This document shows positions 1 to 9,531 of a stretch of 64,000 bases of DNA, piece after piece (positions within the stretch are counted from its first letter, which is position 1; each line of letters opens with the position of its first letter). The notes beneath the pieces were generated by a model. That model searched no databases. It worked only from the letters and a program-made list of their open reading frames with translations, and had not been told where the DNA came from. The stretch comes from Microgenomates group bacterium GW2011_GWC1_46_15 (GTDB lineage: Bacteria > Patescibacteriota > Microgenomatia > UBA1400 > UBA12028): assembly GCA_001002285.1 (NCBI GenBank), contig LCLX01000003.1, positions 2,560 to 66,559 on the forward strand, in the 5' to 3' direction. Both the position numbers and the translations under genes were made by a program.

Positions 1-1
1 C

Positions 2-2569
2 ACCCTTCAACCAAAAAATATTGGTGTCGACTTCTGGGTTTATCCTACCTACAACACCACCACCGGAGATTGGAAAGGTATTATCACTGGTCCCTACGGT
101 AATGGTTATAGCAATAGTTGGCGCGTTCTGGATTACAACAAAGGAATTATTTTCCAAGTCAATGTCGGAGACGCAGCTCCAATAGTTTGCACCACTAGTG
201 CTTCCACTGTCCCCAGAAACACATGGTCACACATCGCCGCTTCCTATGACCAACAAAATCTGCGCGTTTTTATCAACGGAGTTCAACAATGTTCCACGGC
301 CGAAACCAGAGCCATCAACTACACCACATCAAGCACAATGTATCTTGGATTTGCACAATTTTATTTTCAGGGGAAACTCGATGATATTAGATTCTACAAC
401 TACGCCCGCACGCAAAAACAAATCGTTGAGGATATGAACGCAGGACACCCCGTTGGTGGCTCCCCCGTTGGCTCCCAAGTAGGCTACTGGAAATTCGACG
501 AAGGATACGGGGCAACAACTTTTAACTCTGGCAATGGGACAGGTTTAAATGGCACTATTACTGGAGCCGCATGGAGTAATAATGGAAAATTTGGAAAATC
601 TTTAGCGTTTGTCAACGGTTCAAATACTATCGTTAGCGTAAACGATAATGATGCCCTCGATATAAGAACTGGGGGTATGACCTTATCGGCCTGGATTAAA
701 ACTTCGGCTACTGGGGTTATCCAAAATATTATTAGAAAAGATAACGGAGCTGGTTTGAGTGGGTATATTTTTAGGATCGAAACCGATAATCGCCTAAGAA
801 TTTCATACAGCGATGCAGATAGTTCTGCAACTTCTTATGCCGCTGCCGGAGCAGTCACCGATGGTGCTTGGCATTACGTCGCAGCAGTCTATGACAGAGA
901 CCTAGATATGCAGTATCTCTATGTGGATGGAAAACAGGTCGATTCCGATGATCCTAATATTTCGGGGGATGTCAACAACACCACAGCATTCAGAATTGGT
1001 ATGTCCTCTGCTACATCTGAAGCATTTTCTGGCCTTATTGATGAAGTAAAAGTTTACAACTCTGCGCTCACTGCCGACGAAATAAAGCTCGATATGAACC
1101 GCGGTTCGGTAATGGTTTTGGGAACTTTTTCTGATACTTCACAGCTCACTGGTGGTTCGGTTGCCTCTTCCTCTGCCCAAGCTGCCTACTGCATCCTCGG
1201 CGATACTGCGACTTGTTCTGCCCCTATTGGTGAATGGAACCTAGAAGAAAAGACTGGAACAACAGCGAATGACTCTTCGGGTAACGGAAATACAGGAACT
1301 CTCACCAATAATCCAACGTGGTCAACTGGTAAATTTGGATCAGGGATTAATTTCAGCAACAATTATGTAACCTCTCCAATTGCAAATGAAGCTAATTTTG
1401 ATTTCACTTCAGACTTTACTGTTTCTGGTTGGATCAATGTTGATCCCACAAACAGCACTAGCTATAGAGGAGTTCTTGGAAAATATAATAATGATTCCAC
1501 CGGTTGGGACCTTGGAGTACAAAGTGACGGTTTGCGTATGGACATAAGAGGATCATCAACTATAGACGCTGGCCCCTCAGGAACACTTGGAACAAATACC
1601 TGGAAACATTTCGGGATTGTAAACACAACAACATCCATAAAAATATACATCGATGGAGTGTTGGTAAATACAACCAATGGAACATGGACAAGTACAACAA
1701 ATAATAACGCTTTTACATTCGGCAACCGAGGTATATCTGGTACTACTGGTTTTATTGGTAAATTAGATAACATAAGAGTTTTCAACTATGCCCGCACACC
1801 AGCCCAAATCGCATGGGACTATAACCGCAGTGGACCTGTGGGATACTGGAAATTCGATGAATGCCAAGGGTCTACTCTCAATGATTCCTCAGGTAATGGG
1901 AACGCTGGCACTTGGAATGGCACAGGTGGTGGCACACAAACCGCCGTGGGCACGTGTACGACAGCAAGTACTGCCTGGGGTAATGGCGCAACCGGTAAAT
2001 TTAATAGCAGTCTCAACTTCGACGGCTCTGATGATTATGTACAGCTTGCACATACTGCCAGCCCAAATCCATCAACCCAACTTACGGTCTCTGCCTGGAT
2101 AAAAGTTGCTAGCCTTGCCAATGCAACAAATTACAACATCTTCGTCAAACAAACTTGGGCAAGTAAACTCGGATTCCGGCTTGGACTTGGGGGGTATGGT
2201 GCATGTGCTAGTCTTAATTGTCTGTTCTTGGGAGTTGGAGATGGTGTTACTCTCACTGAAACTACTACTTCGGGTGTTAATCTCACCGATACCGGCGCCT
2301 GGCACCATGTCGTGGGAACTTTTTCTTCCGGAGCGATTAAGCTTTATGTCGATGGAAATCAACGATATAATACAACATCTGCAGTGACTTCTATTGTGAA
2401 TGACGCTGTCGCGGGACGCATCGGTCGCCATTCCACTGGAGCAGAATATTTTCCCGGTCAGATTGACGATGTGCGGGTTTTCAACTACGCCCTCACCGCT
2501 ACTCAGGTCAAACAATTATATAACGGCGGATCGGGAGTGCAGTTTGCCCCATTAACAGGAAGCCCGTAA
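2..2569 (+). CDS. 5'-truncated secreted protein with >=4 tandem LamG / concanavalin A-like lectin domains
   Basis: Frame 2 is open from nt 2 (no stop), so the gene continues upstream of the window. Four repeats each end in G[KLQ][LI]D[DEN][IV][RK]V[FY]NYA[RL]T. Recurrent motifs: W-x-FDE-x-G, SGNGN-x-GT, GKFG-x-[AS]LNFDG-x-DDYV and a WIK hydrophobic strand, typical of LamG_3-type jelly rolls. Stop at 2567-2569. Confidence 0.7.
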   Translation, partial: TLQPKNIGVDFWVYPTYNTTTGDWKGIITGPYGNGYSNSWRVLDYNKGIIFQVNVGDAAPIVCTTSASTVPRNTWSHIAASYDQQNLRVFINGVQQCSTAETRAINYTTSSTMYLGFAQFYFQGKLDDIRFYNYARTQKQIVEDMNAGHPVGGSPVGSQVGYWKFDEGYGATTFNSGNGTGLNGTITGAAWSNNGKFGKSLAFVNGSNTIVSVNDNDALDIRTGGMTLSAWIKTSATGVIQNIIRKDNGAGLSGYIFRIETDNRLRISYSDADSSATSYAAAGAVTDGAWHYVAAVYDRDLDMQYLYVDGKQVDSDDPNISGDVNNTTAFRIGMSSATSEAFSGLIDEVKVYNSALTADEIKLDMNRGSVMVLGTFSDTSQLTGGSVASSSAQAAYCILGDTATCSAPIGEWNLEEKTGTTANDSSGNGNTGTLTNNPTWSTGKFGSGINFSNNYVTSPIANEANFDFTSDFTVSGWINVDPTNSTSYRGVLGKYNNDSTGWDLGVQSDGLRMDIRGSSTIDAGPSGTLGTNTWKHFGIVNTTTSIKIYIDGVLVNTTNGTWTSTTNNNAFTFGNRGISGTTGFIGKLDNIRVFNYARTPAQIAWDYNRSGPVGYWKFDECQGSTLNDSSGNGNAGTWNGTGGGTQTAVGTCTTASTAWGNGATGKFNSSLNFDGSDDYVQLAHTASPNPSTQLTVSAWIKVASLANATNYNIFVKQTWASKLGFRLGLGGYGACASLNCLFLGVGDGVTLTETTTSGVNLTDTGAWHHVVGTFSSGAIKLYVDGNQRYNTTSAVTSIVNDAVAGRIGRHSTGAEYFPGQIDDVRVFNYALTATQVKQLYNGGSGVQFAPLTGSP

Positions 2570-2906
2570 CATCCTTGCACAAAAAGTGAGAATCTCGTTT
2601 CGCGAACATACTTTCATTGTTGCTTAGTAAAACTTGTGGTTCCGCAGTGTTTATATAAACAAACTATATTGTCAGAAATCAATTCTATACATTTGGTCGC
2701 AATAGATTTTTGCTGAATCAGGAAGTATCCATTCCACAACGGGAAAGCATGGGGAAGTTCACATGGATGGCATAATATTCTTTCGGGACATACGAAAGAA
2801 CAGTTAAGTTTATATATACGGGGAATAGGAATCAAAAGAATAGTCAATATAATTAAGATGAATAAGTATTTTTTGTTCATTCTTTTCAGTTATTTATGTA
2901 TCTTTG

Positions 2907-2979
2907 TCGGGGTGCGCGGACTCGAACCGCGGGCCTCATCGTCCCGAACGATGCGCGCTACCAACTGCGCTACACCCCG
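2907..2979 (-). tRNA. tRNA-Pro (anticodon CGG)
   Basis: The reverse complement folds as a cloverleaf: acceptor CGGGGTG/CACCCCG with C1-G72 (typical of bacterial tRNA-Pro), D-arm GCGC-AGTTGGTA-GCGC, anticodon stem CATCG/CGATG with loop TTCGGGA (anticodon CGG), T-arm CGCGG-TTCGAGT-CCGCG. CCA is not encoded. Confidence 0.85.
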
Positions 2980-3038
2980 CCATATCGCGCATTTTACATA
3001 CTCCGTGCGCTCTCAATATTCTGCGCGCTGTTTCTTCG

Positions 3039-3509
3039 CTACTTCCCTAGTTCTTCTTTTGAGTAGACTAAACAATCAACGCCGCTTTCGTATGCAAAAA
3101 TTTCACCTTGTGCAAAAAGCAGGTTGCGTTCTTTTTTCGCATTTTCAACGCTGTCAGAAGCATGGATAAGGTTGTTGGACTGACTCATGGCAAAATCACC
3201 ACGGATTGAACCCGCTTCGGCTTCACGACCCTTTGTAAGGCCAACCAGTTTGCGGATCGTGTCAACCGCGTCCAACCCCTCCCACACCATCGCAATGATT
3301 GGTGTTTGCATCATGAATGCTTTGAGTCCGCTAAAAAATGGTTTTTCTTTGTGGTGCGCGTACCACTGGTCAAGTACGTCATGGCTCAACGTTGTCATTT
3401 TAAGCGCAACTAATTTTAATCCTTTGCGTTCAAATCGCGCGATGATTTCGCCGATTAGTCCGCGTTGTAGTCCATCTGGTTTTACGAGAACAACTGATTG
3501 TTGCATCAT
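3039..3509 (-). CDS. ndk: nucleoside diphosphate kinase
   Basis: 156 aa. Ndk family motifs visible: ...VLVKPDG..RGLIGEII.RFE.KG...NLIHASDS. Typical length. Confidence 0.9.
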   Translation of the reverse strand: MMQQSVVLVKPDGLQRGLIGEIIARFERKGLKLVALKMTTLSHDVLDQWYAHHKEKPFFSGLKAFMMQTPIIAMVWEGLDAVDTIRKLVGLTKGREAEAGSIRGDFAMSQSNNLIHASDSVENAKKERNLLFAQGEIFAYESGVDCLVYSKEELGK

Positions 3510-3651
3510 ATGTCACTCCTTTACGTATGTTTGTTATGCCTGTGGGTATTCTATCGCACAATACTGAAATTGTCAGGTGTCCTGTTTGATGCTGCACGAC
3601 CATCGTATAGAAAGCTTCGCCAATCGGTGAGGCTTTTTGTTTCTAAAGAGA

Positions 3652-3673
3652 GTCCCCGAAGGGGGCTTTTTTT
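3652..3673 (+). terminator. Rho-independent terminator-like hairpin (GTCCCC-GAAG-GGGGC followed by a T7 run) on the + strand
   Basis: GC stem-loop at 3652-3666 followed by TTTTTTT at 3667-3673. No convincing + strand CDS lies upstream; the overlapping ORF-track entry 3498..3716 is judged spurious. Confidence 0.45.
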
Positions 3674-3728
3674 ATACCAATTTTCCTTTCGTTTGGTGTT
3701 TGTACGATTTGAGTGAGAAAATAAAAAA

Positions 3729-3947
3729 ATGACAAAAGAAATACTCACGCAGAAAAAATTATTTGCATCGTACCTGTTTGATCTCAGCAAGATTGTCTTT
3801 ACAACATTCGTGATTGGTGGCATTATCAACTATAATAAGATTGGATTTTTATATATCCTTATTGGATTTCCAACATTCATCGGTTTGGCAATGTGGGCAA
3901 GATATGTAGTAAAAATGCGCATACAACAAAGAAAGGATGATATATGA
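3729..3947 (+). CDS. small hydrophobic (2-TM) protein, hypothetical
   Basis: 72 aa ORF with two hydrophobic stretches. Followed by a second small ORF (3944..4117, 57 aa) overlapping in ATGA fashion. No recognisable family. Confidence 0.3.
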   Translation: MTKEILTQKKLFASYLFDLSKIVFTTFVIGGIINYNKIGFLYILIGFPTFIGLAMWARYVVKMRIQQRKDDI

Positions 3948-4117
3948 CATTTACTGCAAAAGCATATGAACTTCTAAGTAATTCTGGCGTTCAGACAATG
4001 ATAGGTATTTATGTTAGCCTCATCATTCTCGCAAAATCGGACGACATTATTGATACATTTTCGCGGTGGAAACATGCGTTAATAAAAAGAAAAGATACGC
4101 GGAAAATTTCATCATAA
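3944..4117 (+). CDS. small hypothetical protein (57 aa), translationally coupled to the previous ORF
   Basis: ATG at 3944 overlaps the stop of 3729..3947 (ATGA). One hydrophobic helix. Below the ORF-track size cutoff. Confidence 0.2.
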   Translation: MTFTAKAYELLSNSGVQTMIGIYVSLIILAKSDDIIDTFSRWKHALIKRKDTRKISS

Positions 4118-4140
4118 AGTGTGGCGGCACAAAAAATAGC

Positions 4141-5511
4141 TTACCCCATCACTAGTTTTTCAAACTTTTCTTGTTCTTCAAATGGGCCGATCATGACAAA
4201 ATAGAGCCGTTTTTCATCAATGAGTTTTTTTGCGATTGCGCGCACGTCAGTCAGCTGAACTGCGCGGATTTTTTCCAACTCTTCTTCAACCGTTTCAGTT
4301 TTCCCCGTCAATAACTGTGTTGCACCATAGTGGCTCGCAACAGTTTTTGTGTCTTCCATATCCAAAATGGTCGAACCGGTCATGTAATCTTTTGCACGCT
4401 GCAACTCAATTTCAGTAATCACACGCGGTCCTTGTGTGTCCAACAAGTGGAAAAATTCTTCACGGACCACACGAATTGCCTCCTCCACCCGTGTCGGATC
4501 AACGCCAGCTGAAGCGCCAAACACGCCGGTGTCGTGATAATAATCGAGATCACTGCGGACGTAGTAACACAACCCGCGTTTTTCGCGGACCTCGGTAAAC
4601 AACCGCGAACTCATGTTGCCGCCAAAAATTGCGGCCAATACTTGCAACGCGTACCGTTGCGGATCGGTGCGCGTAATTCCGGGAACGGCCATAATAAAAT
4701 GCGCCTGATCGGTTTTCTTGTACTCAACTTTTACGCGTTCGCCGGTAAATAATGTTTTCGTGAATGTTTTCAGTGCCCGTTCACCGCCATTTTTCCGATT
4801 ACTCGTATCACTTTTTTTAGAAAACGCGCGCTCAATGTCGTGCACAATACTATCGCCACCCACAATAGTTGCGTCACCAGCAACCGTGAGCACAACGTTG
4901 CCCAATCCATACCACTCTTTCACGTATGCGACAAAATCCTCGCGGCTCAATCCGCGCACCGTTTCTTTTGTTCCAATGATGTCGCGGCCCAGTGGACTGC
5001 CGGCAAATAACACTTGTTCAAAAATATCGCCGATGTGCCGCATGGGCGTGTCGTTGTACATGTTGATTTCTTCAACAATCACGCCTTTTTCGCGTTCCAA
5101 ATCATCTTTACGGAGTGTTGGTGTAAGCAACATGTCCGAAACCACATCAACGGCCAACGGCATGTGCTCGCTCGCGGCTTTTACGTAGTATCCCGTGTAC
5201 TCTTTTGATGTAAACGCGTTGAACTCCGCGCCCACCGCGTCAACCGCCGCCGCTAAATCCTGCGCGGTCGGATATTTTTCCGTTCCTTTAAACACCATGT
5301 GTTCTAAAAAGTGCGAGATGCCACCCCACGCTGGTTTTTCATATCGCGAGCCGGTGTTCACCAATGCCAAAACCGTAACCGACTGCACGCCTTTCATGGG
5401 AATCCGCAAAAGTGTGAGTCCATTTGACAACATGTTTTTGAAATACAGAGAGGATGAGGAGTGTGATGAACCGCGTTTAGAAGTTTTTGCTACCGTTTTT
5501 ACTGCTGCCAT
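4141..5511 (-). CDS. M16 family (pitrilysin/insulinase-like) zinc peptidase
   Basis: 456 aa. Inverted zinc-binding motif HFLEH present near the N-terminus (...GISHFLEHMVFKGT...), followed by a second M16_C-like half. Confidence 0.85.
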   Translation of the reverse strand: MAAVKTVAKTSKRGSSHSSSSLYFKNMLSNGLTLLRIPMKGVQSVTVLALVNTGSRYEKPAWGGISHFLEHMVFKGTEKYPTAQDLAAAVDAVGAEFNAFTSKEYTGYYVKAASEHMPLAVDVVSDMLLTPTLRKDDLEREKGVIVEEINMYNDTPMRHIGDIFEQVLFAGSPLGRDIIGTKETVRGLSREDFVAYVKEWYGLGNVVLTVAGDATIVGGDSIVHDIERAFSKKSDTSNRKNGGERALKTFTKTLFTGERVKVEYKKTDQAHFIMAVPGITRTDPQRYALQVLAAIFGGNMSSRLFTEVREKRGLCYYVRSDLDYYHDTGVFGASAGVDPTRVEEAIRVVREEFFHLLDTQGPRVITEIELQRAKDYMTGSTILDMEDTKTVASHYGATQLLTGKTETVEEELEKIRAVQLTDVRAIAKKLIDEKRLYFVMIGPFEEQEKFEKLVMG

Positions 5512-5547
5512 GCGAAGGATTGTACCATGCCGTAGTACAATTGGCGC

Positions 5548-6795
5548 ATGCGATTCCGTTCAACAACACTTCAACTTATACTCTTTTGCGCCGTTCTCTT
5601 TCTCCTTCCCACCAACCTTTTTTTGAAGTTCGTGCTTCCCAGTTCATATGTAAGTGGAACGCTTGTTGACTACCTCATTCCAAAATTTTACCTTTCCGAT
5701 ATTCCAATCCTGCTTTTATTCATCACCTGGATATACGAAAAAAGAAACATGGTGTTTTCTTTCCGACAACTCCGCGCGCTTCTTCACCGGCACTCTTGCA
5801 TCGCGCTCATCTCGGCGTTTGCTCTTATTCACGTCTTCACCCATCTCGACACACCGTCGCTTCCCGCAACGGTGTGGTTTATCGCAAAGCTTGTTGAAGT
5901 GTGGCTTTTGGGAACATGGATCACCGAACACCCACCGCTCACTCGGAATAAGGCAGTTTTTTTCGTACTCATCGCGACGATTCTTTTCCAGTCTTCCCTT
6001 GCGCTCTATCAGTACCGCACACAACGGTCGTTTTTCGGCTATCTCTTTCTCGGAGAAGCAAGGCTTGACCATAACCCGATTGTTGCGAAAACAAAATACC
6101 CTGGGAGCGTACAGATCCTTCCGTATGGAACGACCCCGCACCCCAATGTGCTGGCCGGTGTCATTGTTGGTTACCTCGTTTTGCTTTGGGCGCTCTTTCC
6201 AAAAACACGCTGGACGGCTGTTGCAACTATTTTTGGGGGAATCATTGTTCTTCTCACCGAATCAACCACAGCGTTTGCCGCAGGTATACTTCCTGTTGCG
6301 CTTTTTCTCTACTGGAAATATGTTCCGTATGTTAAATCAAAACTCCCATCTCCTCTTTTCATCATTATTCTTTTTTCTATACTCGCCAGCGCACTTCTTT
6401 TCTTTTTCCCGCAAGACACATCGTTTCTCCGCAGAAAACAGCTCGAAATCATTGCGCTTCGTATGTTTCAGGCCCATCCGCTTTTTGGCGCCGGTCTCAA
6501 TCAGTTCACAACACAGGTAGAGTGGTTTGGATACGTAAGTTCAACAGTGCGTTTCCTTCAACCAACGCATAATGTGGCACTTTTGTGGCTTGCTGAAACC
6601 GGAATTTCCGGCATGTTGTTTATTGCTCTTTTCGTATACATCGCACATAAAAAATACTCACTGCGTTTGCCGGTTGCGATGTTTATACTTTTTTCCCTTG
6701 CCCCAATTTTTACTCTGGATCATTATCTGTATTCGCTTCAAGCAGGACAACTTTTATCCGCAATATTGATTGGAGTTTCGCTAAAGAAAAAGTGA
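5548..6795 (+). CDS. polytopic membrane protein, O-antigen ligase / Wzy_C-like family (possible O-oligosaccharyltransferase)
   Basis: 415 aa with about 10 predicted TM helices. It has a ...HPLFGAGLNQFTT... segment in a periplasmic loop, as seen in WaaL/PglL/Wzy_C proteins. Assignment is by architecture only. Confidence 0.5.
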   Translation: MRFRSTTLQLILFCAVLFLLPTNLFLKFVLPSSYVSGTLVDYLIPKFYLSDIPILLLFITWIYEKRNMVFSFRQLRALLHRHSCIALISAFALIHVFTHLDTPSLPATVWFIAKLVEVWLLGTWITEHPPLTRNKAVFFVLIATILFQSSLALYQYRTQRSFFGYLFLGEARLDHNPIVAKTKYPGSVQILPYGTTPHPNVLAGVIVGYLVLLWALFPKTRWTAVATIFGGIIVLLTESTTAFAAGILPVALFLYWKYVPYVKSKLPSPLFIIILFSILASALLFFFPQDTSFLRRKQLEIIALRMFQAHPLFGAGLNQFTTQVEWFGYVSSTVRFLQPTHNVALLWLAETGISGMLFIALFVYIAHKKYSLRLPVAMFILFSLAPIFTLDHYLYSLQAGQLLSAILIGVSLKKK

Positions 6796-6803
6796 AAAAG
6801 AAG

Positions 6804-8540
6804 TTACATTTTTTCCGGCGCGATAATGCCCAACACCTTCAAACCGTTCCGCAAAACAACCGCGGTTGCTTCTGTCAGTGATAATCGGTACGCTTCGTGC
6901 TCGCCGGAACCCACAATTTTCCTGCTGTTGTAGAATGTGTTGAACTCCTGCGCCAACGCAAAAAGATACGTGCAGATGTGGTGCGGTGCGTATTCCTCCG
7001 TGGACCGCGCAACAATTTCGGGGAACTGATCGAGCATATACTCAAGCGCTCCGGGCTTCCCCGCCTCCATCGTTTGTGTCGGCACACTTCCTGCGTTTTT
7101 CACACTCCCCGCTTTCGCGCCCTTCGCACCTCCCGCCTTTTTGAGCACTGACTTTGCCCGCGCGTACGTGTATTGAAGATACGGCCCCGAGTTTCCTTTC
7201 AGATTCACGACCTCATCCCAATCAAACAACACATCCTTAATCGTTTCCCGTTTGAGATCGTTGTACTTGAGCGCTCCAAGTCCAACCTCTTCCGCGGTTT
7301 TGGGGTTAAACGTGGACGCACGCTTGACCGCCTCGGCCAACACGTCCTCCAACCAAATCGTGTTTCCCTTGCGCGTACTCATCTTCCCTTCTTTGAATCG
7401 AATCATGCCGTGCGCAACGTGCTTCCGCTGTGCTTTTTTGCAGTACCCAACCATCTCTTCGGCCTCGTAGAGTTGGTGGAAGTACAGACTCTGTTCCGCG
7501 CCCACCTCATTGACAATCAAAATATCCTTCCCCCACTTCCCTATGCGGTACTTGTCGGTTGCAAAGTCGCGGGTCGCATACAGCGTTGCGCCGTCTTTTT
7601 TGCGGAGCATGAGCGGTGGATATTTGTCGCCCGGGTAGAAAATCAGCAATGCCCCCTGGCTCTCTTTTGCAATACCGGACTGTGTGAAATCCGCAATCAC
7701 CTCATCCATCTTGTCTTCAAAGAAACTTTCGCCCAGCATCATGTCAAATGAAACGCCCAGGCGCTTGTATATTGCGTTGAACTGCACCATGGACCAGTCA
7801 ATGCACTTCTTCCATAACCGCCGCGCTTCGGCATCGCCTTTTTCAAGTTTGGCAAACCACGCCCGCCCTTCATCCTCCAATGTTGGATCCTTTTCTGCTT
7901 CCGCGTGGAACTTCACGTACAACTCAACCAGCATGCGAACCGGCTGCTTGCTCCGTTCAATTGCGTTTTCGTCGCCCCATTTTTTCATCGCAACGATCTG
8001 TTTGCCGAACTGCGTACCCCAATCGCCTAAATGGTTATCACGGAGCACTGAGTAGCCGGAAAATGACATCATTCGCGCGATAGCGTCCCCAATGATCGTT
8101 GAGCGGAGATGGCCGATTGTGAAGGGTTTGGCGATGTTCGGCGAAGAAAACTCCACAATCACTGTCTTCCCCTTGCCCATGATCGAGTTTCCATACTTTT
8201 CGCCTTCTTTTCGTATTGTGGACAACATGTTTCCAAAGTATTTTTTTGAGAGATGAAAGTTAATAAACCCAGGACCAGCTATCTCAACTCTCTCAAGAAA
8301 ATCATATTTTTTATCTACAATGTGCTGAACAATTTTTGTCGCCAATTCGCGTGGTTTGGAATTCATTGCTTTGACGTTTGCCAATGCGGCATTTGTGGCA
8401 AAATCACCGTGTTCGCGGTTTGCGGGACGCTCTAAAACGACCATTGGATGGTCGGCACCCAACGTAGAAAGATACTTGGTGATGGTTGCGTGCAGCTGGT
8501 CACGCGCGGAAAGTAAAATCGGTACCGGTTTTGGGTTCAT
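6804..8540 (-). CDS. argS: arginyl-tRNA synthetase
   Basis: 578 aa. Class I HIGH-type region ...SSPNIAKPFTIGHLRSTIIGD... The C-terminal anticodon-binding (DALR) domain is present. Contains a K/A/G-rich low-complexity insertion (KKAGGAKGAKAGSVKNAGS). Confidence 0.93.
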   Translation of the reverse strand: MNPKPVPILLSARDQLHATITKYLSTLGADHPMVVLERPANREHGDFATNAALANVKAMNSKPRELATKIVQHIVDKKYDFLERVEIAGPGFINFHLSKKYFGNMLSTIRKEGEKYGNSIMGKGKTVIVEFSSPNIAKPFTIGHLRSTIIGDAIARMMSFSGYSVLRDNHLGDWGTQFGKQIVAMKKWGDENAIERSKQPVRMLVELYVKFHAEAEKDPTLEDEGRAWFAKLEKGDAEARRLWKKCIDWSMVQFNAIYKRLGVSFDMMLGESFFEDKMDEVIADFTQSGIAKESQGALLIFYPGDKYPPLMLRKKDGATLYATRDFATDKYRIGKWGKDILIVNEVGAEQSLYFHQLYEAEEMVGYCKKAQRKHVAHGMIRFKEGKMSTRKGNTIWLEDVLAEAVKRASTFNPKTAEEVGLGALKYNDLKRETIKDVLFDWDEVVNLKGNSGPYLQYTYARAKSVLKKAGGAKGAKAGSVKNAGSVPTQTMEAGKPGALEYMLDQFPEIVARSTEEYAPHHICTYLFALAQEFNTFYNSRKIVGSGEHEAYRLSLTEATAVVLRNGLKVLGIIAPEKM

Positions 8541-9460
8541 AGTGATATCTTATGATACCATCCATCAGTTTGCCATACCCGCATTCCGTCCGTTTCCAGT
8601 TCAACTTCTCCATCGCGGTCGGTGCGGAAAATTCGTATATTCATTGCAGAAAGGAGATCCAATACGCGTTTTGTTGGATGCCCATAGCTGTTTTTCTTTC
8701 CAACGCTGATGAATGCAAGTTTTGGCCGAGTTTTCTCGAGGAACTCTTGAGAAGTAGAGTGCGTTGAGCCGTGATGCCCTACTTTTAACACCGTCACTGG
8801 CGTCAATTTTCCAGAGAAAATGAGGATTTGCTCTTGGGAAATCTCGAGATCGCCGGTAAACAAGGCACTAAAATCCCCAAATTCCAGCTTAATGACAATG
8901 GAGCAAGCATTTGTACTACTATACGTGGCATTCTGCCGATATTCGTTTTTACTTGATGTATCAGCATTATCACAATTTTCGCGTTGTTTCTGCTGTTCCG
9001 GAAGTCGTGGCGGCCAGACAATCAAAAAACGTTCTTTTTCGTATTGGAACATATCTCCCTCACTCGCTGTGGTTTCGTGTATATGACGCTCTGCAATCAA
9101 CTGCGTGAGTTCCGAAAAGACTTTAGTTTTGCTCATCATCCCATTTGTTATGATTTGATCTACTTTGTACTCTTTTATTACTGGTATGATACCAGAAATG
9201 TGATCCGCGTCAGGATGTGTTGCCACAATCCACTCAATGGTATGGTCAAATAGTGGCATGTGCATGCGAAGACAACCCAAAACTTTGTCGTTTGGGCCTC
9301 CATCTATGAGCATTTGAGTATTCTTATAGGTTATGAGGAGAGCATCTCCCTGTCCCACATCGCACATAATGACACGCAACTGGTCTTTTCCACCCTGCTT
9401 GAGTAAAATTACTGCTAGTAATGCGAATGTTACCCATATAAATATGTATTTTTTGTTCAT
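8537..9460 (-). CDS. MBL-fold metallo-hydrolase, ComEC C-terminal (beta-lactamase-like) domain encoded as a separate gene
   Basis: 307 aa with its own N-terminal TM helix. Motifs: MCDVGQGDA..LIDGGP, HPDADHISG, VGHHGS...YGHP, typical of the ComEC/Rec2 MBL domain. The 4-nt overlap with the argS start suggests an operon. Confidence 0.7.
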   Translation of the reverse strand: MNKKYIFIWVTFALLAVILLKQGGKDQLRVIMCDVGQGDALLITYKNTQMLIDGGPNDKVLGCLRMHMPLFDHTIEWIVATHPDADHISGIIPVIKEYKVDQIITNGMMSKTKVFSELTQLIAERHIHETTASEGDMFQYEKERFLIVWPPRLPEQQKQRENCDNADTSSKNEYRQNATYSSTNACSIVIKLEFGDFSALFTGDLEISQEQILIFSGKLTPVTVLKVGHHGSTHSTSQEFLEKTRPKLAFISVGKKNSYGHPTKRVLDLLSAMNIRIFRTDRDGEVELETDGMRVWQTDGWYHKISL

Positions 9461-9531
9461 GTATCCCTGTTATATGTCTGTTAAGAGATATAAGCACTCT
9501 ATATTATTGAGTGCTAACTCTTCTTTTTTCT

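Noticed and set aside
2858-3169. ORF 2858..3169 (+) and 2614..2880 (-)
   Set aside because: The first overlaps the tRNA-Pro gene and has no coding signal. The second lies in AT-rich intergenic DNA.
5654-6520. 288-aa ORF in an alternative frame inside the Wzy_C-like gene, and 5716..6141 (-)
   Set aside because: Entirely overlapped by a polytopic membrane-protein ORF with strong hydrophobic periodicity. Arg/Ser-rich, typical of out-of-frame translation.
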